Positions 26,614 through 39,754 of a stretch of 64,000 nt of DNA are shown here, piece by piece. The position numbers and the translations under genes were made by a program. Source of the DNA: Dipteris shenzhenensis (lineage: Eukaryota); NCBI GenBank assembly GCA_047967505.1, contig CM106538.1; one strand, 5' to 3'. Position 1 is the first letter of the stretch, and each line of letters begins with the position of its first letter. Below the pieces are notes generated by a model. It made no database searches. It saw only the letters and a program-made list of their open reading frames with translations, and was not told where the DNA came from.

Positions 26614-29600
26614 TGTAACCTTAATTCTCTAAACTAACCTCTGCTGCAGATCACGGGAGTAGCACCATGATTCTCCTCCCAGCCAATTCATGCTAAGACT
26701 TACAAGGGAGACAGAGATCTACGTTAAAAATCACGTGAATCCGATTCTTCTCTTCTCTCTCTAGCCTTAGCAAACCCCAAATCCCTAGATAGATCTAGAT
26801 GCCACATGTCATCCATATAGGGCCTTCCTAATGCAACATTTCACCCCTCTCTTGGGATGCATTTAATTCCTTGCCCCTAGGCACAATCTTAGCATTAGGC
26901 CCTTGGTCTTAGATCTATCTAGTCTGGTGCTATCAGCCCTCACCTAGGACCTTGACATTAAATCCCTCCCGATCATTTACATGAAGCGCAAACACATATA
27001 TTACAGAGATAGATCCTTTAAGGGAAATGTCGACTGATTCTTCCGAGGTCATGCTACCTCGGCTAGAGCGTAACATTCCTTCCCTCTTCAGACATCAGTG
27101 TCCTCGATGATAAAGTCTGGGAACACTCTCCGCAACTGATATACGGATTCCCAGGTAGCTTCGGGGATAGAGGCTGACCATGCCATGCAACCAACACCGT
27201 GGGTATCTTTCGATTTCGTATTTGCATTGTTCCTCGGTCCAGGATTCTTGTTGGTTTGCGCCTTGCAATATCCTCTATCTCCTGAAACAAAACCACACCT
27301 TCGATTAGTGAGTCACCTGTATGTAAAAATTTCTTTAAACGTGAAACATGAAAAACCGGGTGCACCTTACACCCCTGTGGCAATTCTAATTTATAGGCTA
27401 CACTGCCTATTCTCTTTAGAATTAACCACGGCCCACAGTATCGAGGTGATAACTTAGCACACTCTCCTGAAGTCAACGACTTCGAGTGCGAAGGAATTCT
27501 GAGAAAAACTTTTTCTCCTTCTTCAAATACTCTTATAGACCGATTTTCATCCGCATACACCTTGGCTCTATCCATAGCCTGGCGGATATTAGCTCTCGCA
27601 AGTGCTAGCATCTCCCGCATCTGAACTACAAAGTTCGCGGCACTAGGCACTTTCTGAGGTACTCCAACTATAGTCGGATTGGCTGGTCTATAACCATAGT
27701 TCAGTTCAAACGGACTGAACCTAGTAGATGAATGTTTCCTATCATTGTAGGCAAACTCCAACAATGGCAACCACTTGTCCCATGTATGTTGCCTCAATGA
27801 CACATATGCTCTCAGCATATCCTCTAAAGTCTGGTTGACTCTCTCCGTCTGACCATCCGTCTCAGGATGATCCCCACTACTCATTCCTAACTCAGTCCTC
27901 AGTGTCTCAAATACCGCTGTCCAGAAATGACCGGTAAATCTGACATCTCGGTCTGACACTATGGATCTAGGTAATCCATGCAGACGAAATATATGTCTAA
28001 TGAACAAATCCGCCACTTGCGGGGCACTAACAGACTCTCTAGTCGGAATGAAGTGAGCCATCTTGGTTAGACGATCAACCACCACAAGGATAGAATTATA
28101 CCCTCCTTGTGTTGTAGGTAGCCCTACAATAAAATCCATGGAAATGCTCTCCCACTTACTTAGTGGTATTTCCAAGGGCTGTAAAAGTCCGGGTGGCTTC
28201 ACCCGCTCGGCCTTACTTACCTGACACGAGAAACACCGTGTCACATATTCATGAATATGCTTTTTCATCTTTGGCCAAAAGAAATCTCGCTTCACGAGAT
28301 CATATGTCTTCTCGACTCCTGGATGTCCCGCACACGGGCTATCATGGCATTGTCGAATGACTCTCTGCCTGAGATCATTCTGACCAGGTACCACCACCTT
28401 GCCATTTCTAACTAGCATACCATCCCTTACGGTATATCTTGCATAAGTTTGGCCTTTTCTGGATGCCAGGTCATCCTTTTCACTTTCCCCGAGTTTTAAC
28501 ACATGAGCTTTAGGCCATAAAATCTGGACAAACTCGTCCACCTTTTGAGTTTCTCTGATCTCGATCATTAGAGCACTCTCTAATACCGTGAAACTCAGGT
28601 TGTGCATAATGCGAGACAACGCATCAGCTACCTTATTGTCTTTTCCTCTTCGGTACCGAATCGTTAGATTAAACTCCTGCATGAGCTCTGCCCACCTAGC
28701 TTGGTGGCCCCTCAAGTCAGGCTGTTTACAAAAATGTTTCAGAGTATCATGATCTACATCCACATAAAACTCTGAACCATACAGATAATGCCTCCATGTT
28801 TTCAAAGCATGGATAACTGCATACAACTCCAATTCATGAGTTGGCCAATTCCTTTGAGAGGGAGAAAGCTTCTTGCTTTCAAAGGCTACTGGCCTTCCCT
28901 CTTGAAGGAGCACTGCTCCTACCGCAATGCCACTTGCATCGGTTTCTAGGAACAACGGTTTCTGGGGATCAACTATTTTTAACACCGGTCCTGAGACCAC
29001 AGCTTGTTTTATGGTGTTAAAACTTTCCTGTTGATTCTGTCCCCAAATAAAAGGTACTTTATCTGAGGTCAGATCAGTCAATGGCGATACTATTCCGGAA
29101 TATCCTTTGATATGCCTTCTATAAAACTGGACAAATCCCAAGAATGATCGCAACGCGGTCAGACTCTGAGGGATTGGCCAAGTTAGTATCGCAGCCACTT
29201 TCTTCGGATCCATTTCTACCCCCTGTGGAGTAATTATGAACCCTAAGTACTCAAGCCTAACCATACACAGTATAGTTTTCTTTTTATTCACGTAAAGACT
29301 GGCTTTCCTCAAAGTACTGAACACTATCCTTAAGTGTTCACAATGCTCAGTAACACTTTTACTGAATATCAAGATATCGTCAATAAAATGTACTACGAAC
29401 TTTCCGATATACGGACGTAGTAAATCGTTCATAAGCATGACGAAGGTTGCTGGATCATTGGTAAGTCCGAAGGGCATTACCAAAAACTCATAATGACCAA
29501 ACCTGCTTCTAAAAGCGGTTTTATGCACATCCTTGGCTCTAATCCAGGATCTGATGATAGCCGCACTTAAGATCTATCTTGCTGAAAATCACGGCTCCAT

Positions 29601-32600
29601 GTAATGCATCTAGCAAATCATCAATCCAAGCCATCGGATACCTGTGCTTAACAGTGATATTATTCAATGCTCTGTAATCTATACAGAGGCGAAACGTATC
29701 ATCCTTTTTCCTCTTTAATATCACTGGTGAAGCAAAAGGTGAGAAACTTGGTTGAATCTGCCCCAACTTGAGGTATTCTTCCAGTTGCCTACGCACCTCC
29801 GCCTCTTCAGTAAAACTCATTCTATAGGGAGGTCTATTTACAGGTTCTGCCCCCGGGATCAATTCAATCTTATGCTGAACTTTCCGCTCTGGAGATAACC
29901 CATAAGGTAGTTCATCCCTAAAACATCCAGAGAACTCCTCTGTTATAAGATTAGCCAACTTGGCCATCTCACCACTTTGCGTAACATCAGTGCTAGTCGA
30001 AGAATCATTCACCGACTCTACCGATGCTGTGCAAAGGTACAAAAACTCTACTTGAGCTTTTCTGATTTCCATCACAGAAACCAACGGTCCCTGAGGTATA
30101 TCTCTTTCACCTCGCAAGACATAAAGCACATCATTCATCTTGAATTGATATACGTGCTTTTTCCAATCAATGGCTGGATTCTTCCTAGAATGCCACGCCA
30201 TTCCCAGGGCTATATCCGCATGAGCAAGCTTGGTTATTTCAAAATCAAGCTTCTCAGCATAGTCCTGAATCCGAAGCTCCAACTGGGTAACCCTTTGGTC
30301 CCATACTTCAGTTGAACTTCCATCGGCCATCCTGACTGTATACGCATAGTCAGATGGACTTGTTTTTAATTTCAGCCTCTTCACGAGCTTGGAGTTAATC
30401 ACATTGTGAGTTGACGCTGAGTCAAACAACACAATGACATCATGACTGGCCACTTGCCCTTTCATTTTGATTAACTCCGTATCATTGAAGGCTGTATACC
30501 CCGTTGCTGCGGGCTTAGATAGGATGTTATCAGGTGCACTCGTCACTAACTTAGTAACAGACACACAGAACAAACAAGGTACTAACCTCTGAGAAGATCC
30601 CGCTAGCTGAATCTGCATCTCTTCCGCTCTGGGACTTCCCTGCATCTCCACGTCGCACTCTGAGATCACCATCTCAACCATCCAACGATCTTTATTACGT
30701 GGACAATCTCTCCACTGATGAGGTTGAAGGCAACCAAAGCATAAGCCTTCTCTCCTCGCTTTTTCCCGCTGTTCTGGGTTCAAGGGAGATTTAGACCAAG
30801 CCCGGGCTGCCATTGGAGTTACTTTTCTCTTCACTCCAATGGTGGTACTTGGTTTAGGAGTTTCAGCCGGTCTCGCCTGCTTGGCTTGACCACTTGGCTG
30901 CGAACCACTCCCTCTACTAGCCCACTTCTTCTTAAACCCAGACTTCTTCGGATACCCATACTGGGTTCCGACCTGTGCAAACCCACTTGGCTTGCTGCCC
31001 TTGGCATCCACGTAGTTCAGGGCTATAGCTATTTCATCATCTAGCGTGTTCGCGTACTTAGCCCGAACTTCCATTTTTATTTGATCATTCAATCCAAATA
31101 TGAAATCTTTCACTTGGATTGATTGAGGCAGGGGTTCGTCAACCTTCATTACACTCTCTCAAAACTTATCAGTGTATTCTGCCACTGATAAATTTCTCTG
31201 ACGAAGGTTCCTATATTGATCCCAAGCTCGGGATGCTTCGTCAGGAGGTAAGAAGTGTTTCCTGAACTCTCTTTTAAACCCCTCCCAGGTAGTGGATGCT
31301 ATGCCATCTTTTTGTTGTTTAATCCACCACCGATCCGCTGCCTCACTAAACATATGGGTGGCCTCGCGGATCTTTTTGATGTCATTTCTGATCTCACAAA
31401 TGGCGAACGCCTCGTCCCATTTGTGTAGCCAGGTCTCAATGACATCGGAGCTACGGTCGTTCATCCGACCAGAATATTTTTCCGGTCTATAATTCGCAAT
31501 ATTCGGCACTTTAGCCTTTCTAGGCTCGACCGTATGGACACTAGACTCCAGTTCCATTGGAGCCTTACCCTTCTCCTCTCGAGAAGGTCTGGCAGACATA
31601 CTCTGTAACGCTCTCCTAAGTTCAAATTGCCCTGCGTTGGCTTGTAATTGCTGCGCTAACAACTGTTGCAAGGCATCCTCCAGCAATGCAATCCTGCCAG
31701 ATAAAGTGTGAGCTACTGGGCGCGATCCCTGCTGGGTCGGCCGGACTCCTGATTCACCAGGATCCCTCCTGGAAGCCCCTTCTTCTGCTTCCATTTAGTT
31801 CAGTAGGTGTTTTGTTTTGGGGCTTGTTTTTTTTTTTTTTTTTTTAAAACACCCCTAGAACACAGTAATCACAAACTGACACAATTTAGTGTACTAACAC
31901 TCTGAACATAATTCCCTATACTAGGGAATACCTGCAATCTGACATGCACACTTACTACGCATTTGACACAGGCATATATTCAAATCCCGCCTTTCCCTAT
32001 ACTAGGGAAATTTCTACAAATTAACTCAGACTCAAGTATACAGGCACAGTCTCGAGCACAATCTGTCCCTGCTACAGCATCAAACTTTCATGCATACATA
32101 TCACTTACAAGATCCTGTTCAAGTAAGCGGAGCATCAATAAACTAACTCAAAGAAGAAAACACAGAATTGACACAAGTGATAGAGAGCCCCCTGGTCTAT
32201 GACTCGCTCCCCAGTTAGATCCGCGGGATATTCACGAACACAGATGTCCACGAAACCTGCTCTCTGATCGAAGCCTGTATGAGGGACTCAGGCCAAAACG
32301 CTGTCACGAACCAGCTCGCCACGTACTGCCTGCTCGCTAATCATTACTACAGCAGGTAATTTGTAGCTAGTGACCACCAAAGTCCCAATTGTCACCCAAC
32401 TAACAATCTGGCTACGTATCGCCCATCCATGAATCTCCCCGAAGATGAACACAAGTCACTCCGCCGTTCTGCGTCAACCTATCAGCTAACCCCATCCGTC
32501 GAGTCCATGAGCGCAGAACCTGCTTCACCCCACGAGCTATCACGCTCCAACGATCCGCGATGCGCTCTTCACGCCTATCTTCGTCGAATCACTTGCATAA

Positions 32601-33407
32601 GCCCGTTCGTGGGTCCACGTGTTGCACGACGTCGTCGCAATCAACGCATCGCTTCACCAATTCAGGACCCTCCACGTGAGCGCCGCTCCTCACGGACCTC
32701 GTCGGCAGCGCTGAATTTCCTTCGACGCCTGTCTGATGTTCTGCAGCCTTGTCGTCGTCACCCTCGGGTGATTCGCCACCAGCGCTCCACCTTCTTCTGT
32801 TTAGCACACCACTGCCAGCCTGTACGGCGATTGTACCATCAATTCAAGGAGCCTTCCTGGTCTTTTCTTCGTGCACGCTCCCGCTACGCTCTTCCAAGGT
32901 CACGTCTCCCGTCCCTTGCTCTCTCAACCGAGCTCTGATACCAATTGTAACCTTAATTCTCTAAACTAACCTCTGCTGCAGATCACGGGAGTAGCACCAT
33001 GATTCTCCTCCCAGCCAATTCATGCTAAGACTTACAAGGGAGACAGAGATCTACGTTAAAAATCACGTGAATCCAATTCTTCTCTTCTCTCTCTAGCCTT
33101 AGCAAACCCCAAATCCCTAGATAGATCTAGATGCCACATGTCATCCATATAGGGCCTTCCTAATGCAACATTTCACCCCTCTCTTGGGATGCATTTAATT
33201 CCTTGCCCCTAGGCACAATCTTAGCATTAGGCCCTTGGTCTTAGATCTATCTAGTCTGGTGCTATCAGCCCTCACCTAGGACCTTGACATTAAATCCCTC
33301 CCGATCATTTACATGAAGCGCAAACACATATATTACAGAGATAGATCCTTTAAGGGAAATGTCGACTGATTCTTCCGAGGTCATGCTACCTCGGCTAGAG
33401 CGTAACA
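26614..33407 (-). mobile_element. Full-length Ty3/Gypsy chromovirus LTR retrotransposon (element G2)
   Basis: 462-bp LTRs 26614-27075 and 32946-33407 (1 mismatch seen), TG...CA ends. Perfect TSD TAAGC; tRNA-iMet PBS at 32932-32943; PPT at 27076-27089. Confidence 0.97.
27088..31794 (-). pseudogene. G2 gag-pol, disrupted by a TGA at 31159, a 1-bp insertion near 29546 and a 2-bp insertion near 27165
   Basis: ORFs 31159..31794, 29539..31149 and 27063..29528 are colinear with the G1 polyprotein; the pol peptide is nearly identical to G1. Confidence 0.92.
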
Positions 33408-34102
33408 TAAGCTGTCAAGGCAGTTTCCAGGTTCTGATTCCCCCGTGTGTTTCTATACATCCGCGACAATTTCGCTCTGCCTTTGACAGTTTGAATATTT
33501 GATATTTCTCCTTTTAGCATACCATATTTGTAAGTTATTTACTTGTACTTACATATTTGTATGCCTTGTTTGTATCCAGGGGTGGTCCACAGCCAAATAA
33601 TCCCTGACTCTTTCAAATATGCATTGAGAGGACAGCCTTTGACAAGCAAGGTGGAGGCCCAGCACTCAAGAAGCGATTGATCAGTCACATCATGTACCTG
33701 GGTACCTAGTATTGATGGCGCACAGTCTTGGCCTTTTCCTGGAGGATGGAGCAAGGTGTATTGATCCACGACCAGGTCAGGGGAGCAGCCAAGGCACTTT
33801 TTTGGACTTTGGGAAGTTTCTTAGGCTGCCTTGGAGTTGATTGATGCCATGTGGGGCAGGGAGGGCAGAACTACGCCCGCAGGGGTTTTTTAGGGCAGGC
33901 CGTCCTGTGTTTGGAGCAAACGAGGGGTGTCAGTAGGCTGATGAGGCCCCCACTTATGGCGAGGACAGGCCCGGGCCAAGGCGGGACAGAAACACAGGGA
34001 TCACAACAGAAATCTGTCATGATTTCCTGGTAGCTGCTGTGCAGCTACGTGGCTATTTCACGACAGATGCTGAGGCTAGATAGGAGGCTAGAGCGTGGGG
34101 GG

Positions 34103-37100
34103 AGAAAGAAAGAAAGAAAGAAAGTTTATTAAAGTCTTCGGAAGACCGATGGGTCTATGAGACTGTGAAAATCCTGATACAACAAACTGTGGTAGTGGAG
34201 CTACTAAATGAGCGTCCATACCAATGCAAAATGCAAAAATGTAGAATAGCAGTACTAAGTCCTAAGTACAACATAGTCATGTCAATGGTTGACTCTATAT
34301 CAGTCTCAGTATCGTCATCAGTATCATCATCATCATCGGCAGCAGCCAGATATCAGGATGGATGAGGCAATGGAGGCATGAAGTCCGCAATAGAGTGCTG
34401 TCGGCCACTCAGAGGTGCGGTCCTGGCACGTCTCCTGGTCGTAGCTCTACGTCTGACTAGGGCTACTGTGACCCCCGACGATCGGGCTCCAACTCTAAAG
34501 GAGGGGATGTCCCCAAGTGTGATTTGTGTGTCGACCCTCTGTCTGAGCTGTCGGGTCACAGGCTCCGGGTCACGGTCATGTCGAGGCCTCATCTCGTGGG
34601 GGTCCATGTGATCTAGCTGAAAGAACTCCGTGATAGAGGTCTGAGAGGGATCAGTCGAGGAAGAAGTCTGCTCTTGTCTCCGAGCTCGAAGTATCCTCTT
34701 GCGGTGTCTAAGTGCCTCATGAATGAAACTTGCCAAACACCGCTACTCTGGGTAGGAGAGGAAACAAGCCACAATCCCATAACTATCCTTGAAGAGGTAG
34801 TGGAAACGCCCTCGGATCTCATAGTACACAGGACATCTAAAGATGAAATGCTCCTCTGTCTCAACCTCCTGCATGTCACACAGTGTGCATATGCGCCTCT
34901 CCCTGGGTAGTCGCTCTCGATGCAAAGTCTGTGTGAAGAGACCCGGAACTTGCCCAAGAGAGATCCTCAGCGAGTGGGGTAGGTGGATCTGTGTGTATCC
35001 TGGTGGGTCAATGAAACCCTCCGCTGTGATATGTAAGAAGTGATCTTTGTAGAAGCTAAGCTTCACTGGGAGTTCACTCAGTCCCAACCAGGTCCGAAAT
35101 GTGTGTAGCTGTAGTAGATCCTCACGGATAACCTGGTTGACCTCGTGTGATAAGAGGGGAGAAAACAGAGCATCCATGCTATACTGGAAGGGAGGTAGTC
35201 TATCCATGTGGAGCCCCAATCGCTCAAACCATCTCTCTGTATGTGCATACCAGCACCTCTGGTCTCCTCTTGCTACAAGTGCCATAGAGGAGGATAGAGC
35301 TATCCATGGTAGCCTGCTATGCCCCGAGGTATAATCCCCATATTCGCTAACTCGGTACGGATATGTGATGACCTGAAATGCAGCATCTAGCTGTAAAGGG
35401 GGTGACCCAAACTCAGCCTTAATGATTTGGTGAGGAACGGATGACTTACCACGAATCATCCATGATAACATGAGAACCTGTAGCCACTCCACACGGGCCC
35501 ACTCTGTATCCGACAAGTCTGGCCCCCAATAAGGGCTGCCGTACATCCCCGCTGGGCGAGCCAAGGAGTCAAAAAGCAACCCCTTGGTACATGGATCCTA
35601 AAAGTGCGAGCGGAAGCACTGCCTCTCTAGTCTGGCCAATGAAGCATACCCTCTACTCAAGCGTCCCTGCATCGCAGGTCTCATAGTGAAGTTGGGTCTG
35701 GAAAAGATAACCCTAAGATAAGTGTATGATGAAACTATCTCAACAGATGACCCCACAAATGTGAACTGCTCCTAACGCATGATGGCTCGAGATATAGATC
35801 ATGATCTTGGTTTTACCCACGTTGACCTTCAAATCATGAGACTCACAAAAGGACTGTAGTACGTCTAGGTGTCTCTGAAGCCCCTCTGCTGAGGAAGACA
35901 AGAGAGCCACATCATCTGCATAAAGCAAAATCTGGATCAGTGTGCCCGCAAGAGAGCAACCTACACCCCCCTGTGTCTGCAGCACTGTCTCAAGCTCATC
36001 AATGTAGAGGCCAAACAAGGTAGGCGACAAAGGACACCCTTGTTTGACCCCAATGGTGCTCATGATCTCGTCTGTCCACCGGAATCCTGACCGAACTTTG
36101 CCAGAAACTCTCTCATAAAGTGCCATGACAGCCCAAATGATCTCCTGGTCATAACCCAAGTCCTGTAGGTGCCGTATGAGGCGGGCTCTTGGGACCGTGT
36201 CAAATGCCTTGCGGAAATCCACAAAGCAACAATAAACCCTCTGCTTCTGTGACCTTGCCTCCTTGATGATACATCTGAGCGTGAGAATGTGGTCCATGGT
36301 TCCATGATCACGCCGAAATCCGGCCTGTCCTGTTGCTCTAAGTTCTCGACACTCTGTAAGTCTGCTAACCTCGGAGTCAAGTACTGATGCATAAATCTTG
36401 GACATGACATGTCCAATCATAATGGTCATGTAGTTCTCTGGGCTCATGGGATCCCCTGCCTTGTGGATGGGTGAGATAGTGTTAATGGTCCAAGTGTGTG
36501 GAAATCCCAAACAAACCACTTCATTAAAAAGCTTTGCTAAGATCGGGGCTAGGAGGTTAATCCCATATGCAATGAACTCAGTGCATAGCCCCTCATGATC
36601 CTTCGCTCGGCCATTATGAAGTTTCATTACAGCATCCTTAACCCCTCCTCTAGTGAAGAGGGTGTAGGATGTGGGACGAGGCAGGTGTGAGGTGTTAGGG
36701 ACTGGCTGATTTGGGATGTCATAAAGCGTGCATGCATAATCAAGCCATATCTGAGTGTCAATGAGTGGCAGAGGGGACCGTCCTTCTAGAAATCTCCGCC
36801 AGAAGTCCTTAGAGTTGTTACTAAACAGAATGTTCAAAACCTCCTCCTTATTCCGATGAACGAAGTCTAGTTTCTTCCTCTGTACCAGTCTACGGTATTC
36901 ACGTAGCGTCTCTGGTGCGCTCGGAAGACTGTTTTTGGTTTCGAATCTGAGTTGATGGCATAAAGCCTTACACTCATCATCGTACCAACTATTACAGGGT
37001 ACAGTTCCAGGGGGTGGTGGGTGGGTGGAGCGGGTGGTGTGGGGAAAAGCGTGAATGGCAGCCTCGTGTAGTGAGCGGGTGACAAGGGTAGCACGATCCT

Positions 37101-38814
37101 CTAAAAGGGGTATGAAGTCAATATAAGCGAGAAGTATGTACAAAGGGCAGAGTAAGAAGGTGAGTAATCCCAATCAAGGCGTATATCGTGGTAGGTGGAG
37201 TAAGCACTGAGTGGGGTGGAAGGTGTTGTGCGAAGGGAGGTGGAGATGCTAAAGAAAAATTATGTATGATCAGCCCCTGGGGGGAGAGGTGCTACATTGA
37301 AGTCAGTAATGCGAGATATGAAGACAGGGGATCCCATGATGTAATCAACAACACTGGAGCCCCCCCCATGTGGAAAGCATGTGAAACCACCTGAAGCGGG
37401 CCATCTGTCAAGACCATTATAGATAATGAGATCATGTATCCTGCCGAGGTGTAAGAGGGCCTGCCCATAAGATGAGAATGGATCTCACCTGTCAGCCGAA
37501 ACCCATAGCATACCTATCTCCTCAAGGTCAATATCTGGCAGTAGAGTGGAATCATCTCTGAAGTCAAGAAGTGGTACTTGACGGGCCCTTGTCCTCGCGT
37601 TGAAGTCCCCCACTAGAAGGACTTCTCTGCGGCTAGAAAAGTCAACGATGGACTGACAAAGGGCAGCAAATGGGGATGTCTCATCATCACCTCGGATATC
37701 TCTGGCAAAGTGGGAGGTCTCAGGGGGAAAGTAGCAAACTGCGACAAACAAATCCCGGCTGTCCATGTGTCGAAATGGTCCCCCGAAGTGTGGATCTGAA
37801 AAGGACTGCAACTCCACCTGAACCTCAAACTCCTCCTGTACCCCTCATCTCATCTCTGTAGGCAAACTCCCATGTATATCCGCTGACTATTGGAAGAGGG
37901 CGCTCTGGACTCTGATGTGTCTCTGTATAGAAGACTATGTTGTGGCCTGTATAGAATTCCGAGAAGTTCCCTGGTTCTGACCATAAGGTACCATTACAGT
38001 TCCAAATGGTGCAGGACAGGGTCTCGGATATTTGAGTCTCATAGACCCCGCTTCCCTATGTAGGGGAGGGGGCAAGTGCCCTACGGAGGCCTGTAAGAAG
38101 TCGTCCCTCTCGTACCACTACCCACTTCCCCTCCTTTTGGGCCTGATCCCATTGCTGCAGCAAAGAGCACCTCTCCTCAACCTGTAGAGGTGTGAGGTCC
38201 TCATCCATAGAGATTGATGGCTGATCTCGAAGGACTGACGTGCGTCGTAGAGCTAAAAGTCGTGCTTGAGTATCATGGAACCATATGATCAAGGGTTGCT
38301 CTCGGTTGGGATCTCTCCCCACCTGCCATGCCCTCTCTATCCTAGGCTCAGCCACACCCAGGGTAGCGGCCACGAACACAGTCGCATCTACCATCAGTGT
38401 AGCCTCAGTGCGTGGGATCCTGCGTACTCTGATGTTGAGAGCCTTACTGGCTCGCTGCTGCTGCTCCATGAGGGTAGCCGAAACGGTTACCCTTGCGGGT
38501 TCCCATTTGGCCACGTCAACCCACCTGGAAGTCTCCTCAATAGCAGATTGCATGCTCGCAATCTGTGCCTCGACCACCGGGTACTCCCTAGGACAGTGTG
38601 TATGGCTGTGACCTCCTTCCCTAGGACAATGTGTATGGCTGTGACCTCCTGTCGGAGCTGTATGATATCCTATCTGAGTCCATGAATAAGACCCGCCTGC
38701 TCCCGAATGGCCCTAGCTCCCGAATGGCCCTAGCTTGCTCATGTATGATACGGCTCTGCTCCTGGTTGAAGTGGACCTGCTCCCATGCAAAGCAAGTTAG
38801 CTCCATCTCACGCT

Positions 38815-38819
<5 letters not shown>
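34103..38819 (-). mobile_element. Near full-length RTEX-like LINE (copy A) with (TTTC)n tail
   Basis: ORF1 with coiled coil and L1-like RRM/CTD (LNIRVRRIP...MDEDLTPLQ...EGKWVVVREG); APE (IWNCNG, TETH, VGDFNAR); RT (QAGFR, FVDFRKAFD, GVKQGCPLSP, LYADD); C-terminal FRVSSHRLxIE...CTLC...ETEEHFIFRCP; AATAAAC(TTTC)5 tail. Clade assignment comes from motif recognition only. Confidence 0.85.
38585..38650. repeat. 33-bp tandem duplication in LINE ORF1 (a 17-bp duplication also lies at about 38699-38735)
   Basis: TCCCTAGGACA(G/A)TGTGTATGGCTGTGACCTCCT twice; GCTCCCGAATGGCCCTA twice. Confidence 0.9.
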
Positions 38820-38850
<31 letters not shown>

Positions 38851-39750
38851 TATTAACGTCCTTGGGAGGCCTCACGGGCCTAAGGGACAAAGTACAGAAA
38901 TGGAATGAAACTCATAAAAGCCACAAAGGGCTGATAGCATGCCCTTTGTTGAGTGCTATGCTAAAAACTAAGCTACACAGCTCAAAATCTCAAAAACCAA
39001 AACCAGAGACTGGAGCTAATGGAGCTGAGAAAGTTGGGGCTCAGTATCCGAAACCCGGCATTGTGGTGGCTCTCTAGTGGGCTGCAAAGATATCCTAGAT
39101 CTGCATCTGTAGGGCTATCTCTGGCTAAGGGGGAGGGCACGGTTTTCTTGACCTCTGTATCCAAAGAGCTATACCAGGAGTGACACCTCGTCTCAGGTGG
39201 CAGTCTCCTCTAAGGAGGGCGGAGAGGGGTGGACCTCGATCGTGTGTGCTCTCTAGACGCTCCTCGTGTCCTGTGTGGACTCTGTGTCTCTCGCTCGACA
39301 ATACCATGTTGTCTCTCTCCATTGATCCATGATGCCTGTATCTCTACTATCTCCTCCTCCACCACCCCTTTGTGGCCTGGAGCCAACTTGCATAGAAATA
39401 TGTGACGTGCCACTGTAATGAATCTGCCTCAGCATCAGGTTCCAGCATCACTTTATGGCGGATAGGGTGTTCAAGATGTGCTCAGGTTATTGGCAGATAC
39501 ACATCCACAGTTGCTGATATACTGGATCCATTTGGACTGATCTCATTTTCCTATCCAGAGTCAGTGGGAGAGATGCACTGGGACCTCTGCAGCTGCTCGA
39601 GAGAGATTGAGAGTGTTCATGAGGACTTGGAAGTTGGGATTGGTCCTTTTTTTCCATGTTACTCCACTTGGGATGATTTGGCATTATAGACCACCCCTGT
39701 GGTTGTTCATTCATATTGCAGAGGCCAGGGATAGAGTTCTCCCTCTCCCC
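38819..39750 (-). mobile_element. 3' fragment of a related LINE (copy D) with (TC)n tail
   Basis: (GA)n 38819-38848 followed by TGTATTAACGTCC...AGGCC-TCACG-GGCCT...GGGACAAAGTAC, homologous to the 3' ends at 21757 and 40570-40610. The 5' extent is uncertain. Confidence 0.65.
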
Positions 39751-39754
39751 AACT

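Noticed and set aside
32429-32938. 169-aa antisense ORF in the G2 leader as an extra retroelement gene
   Set aside because: It is Arg/Ser/Pro-rich GC sequence with no domain, and no counterpart was seen in the G1 or G3 leaders.
33413-34100. Possible host exon or unknown gene between G2 and LINE copy A
   Set aside because: No malic-enzyme segment is missing here and no recognisable motif was found, so it is left unannotated.
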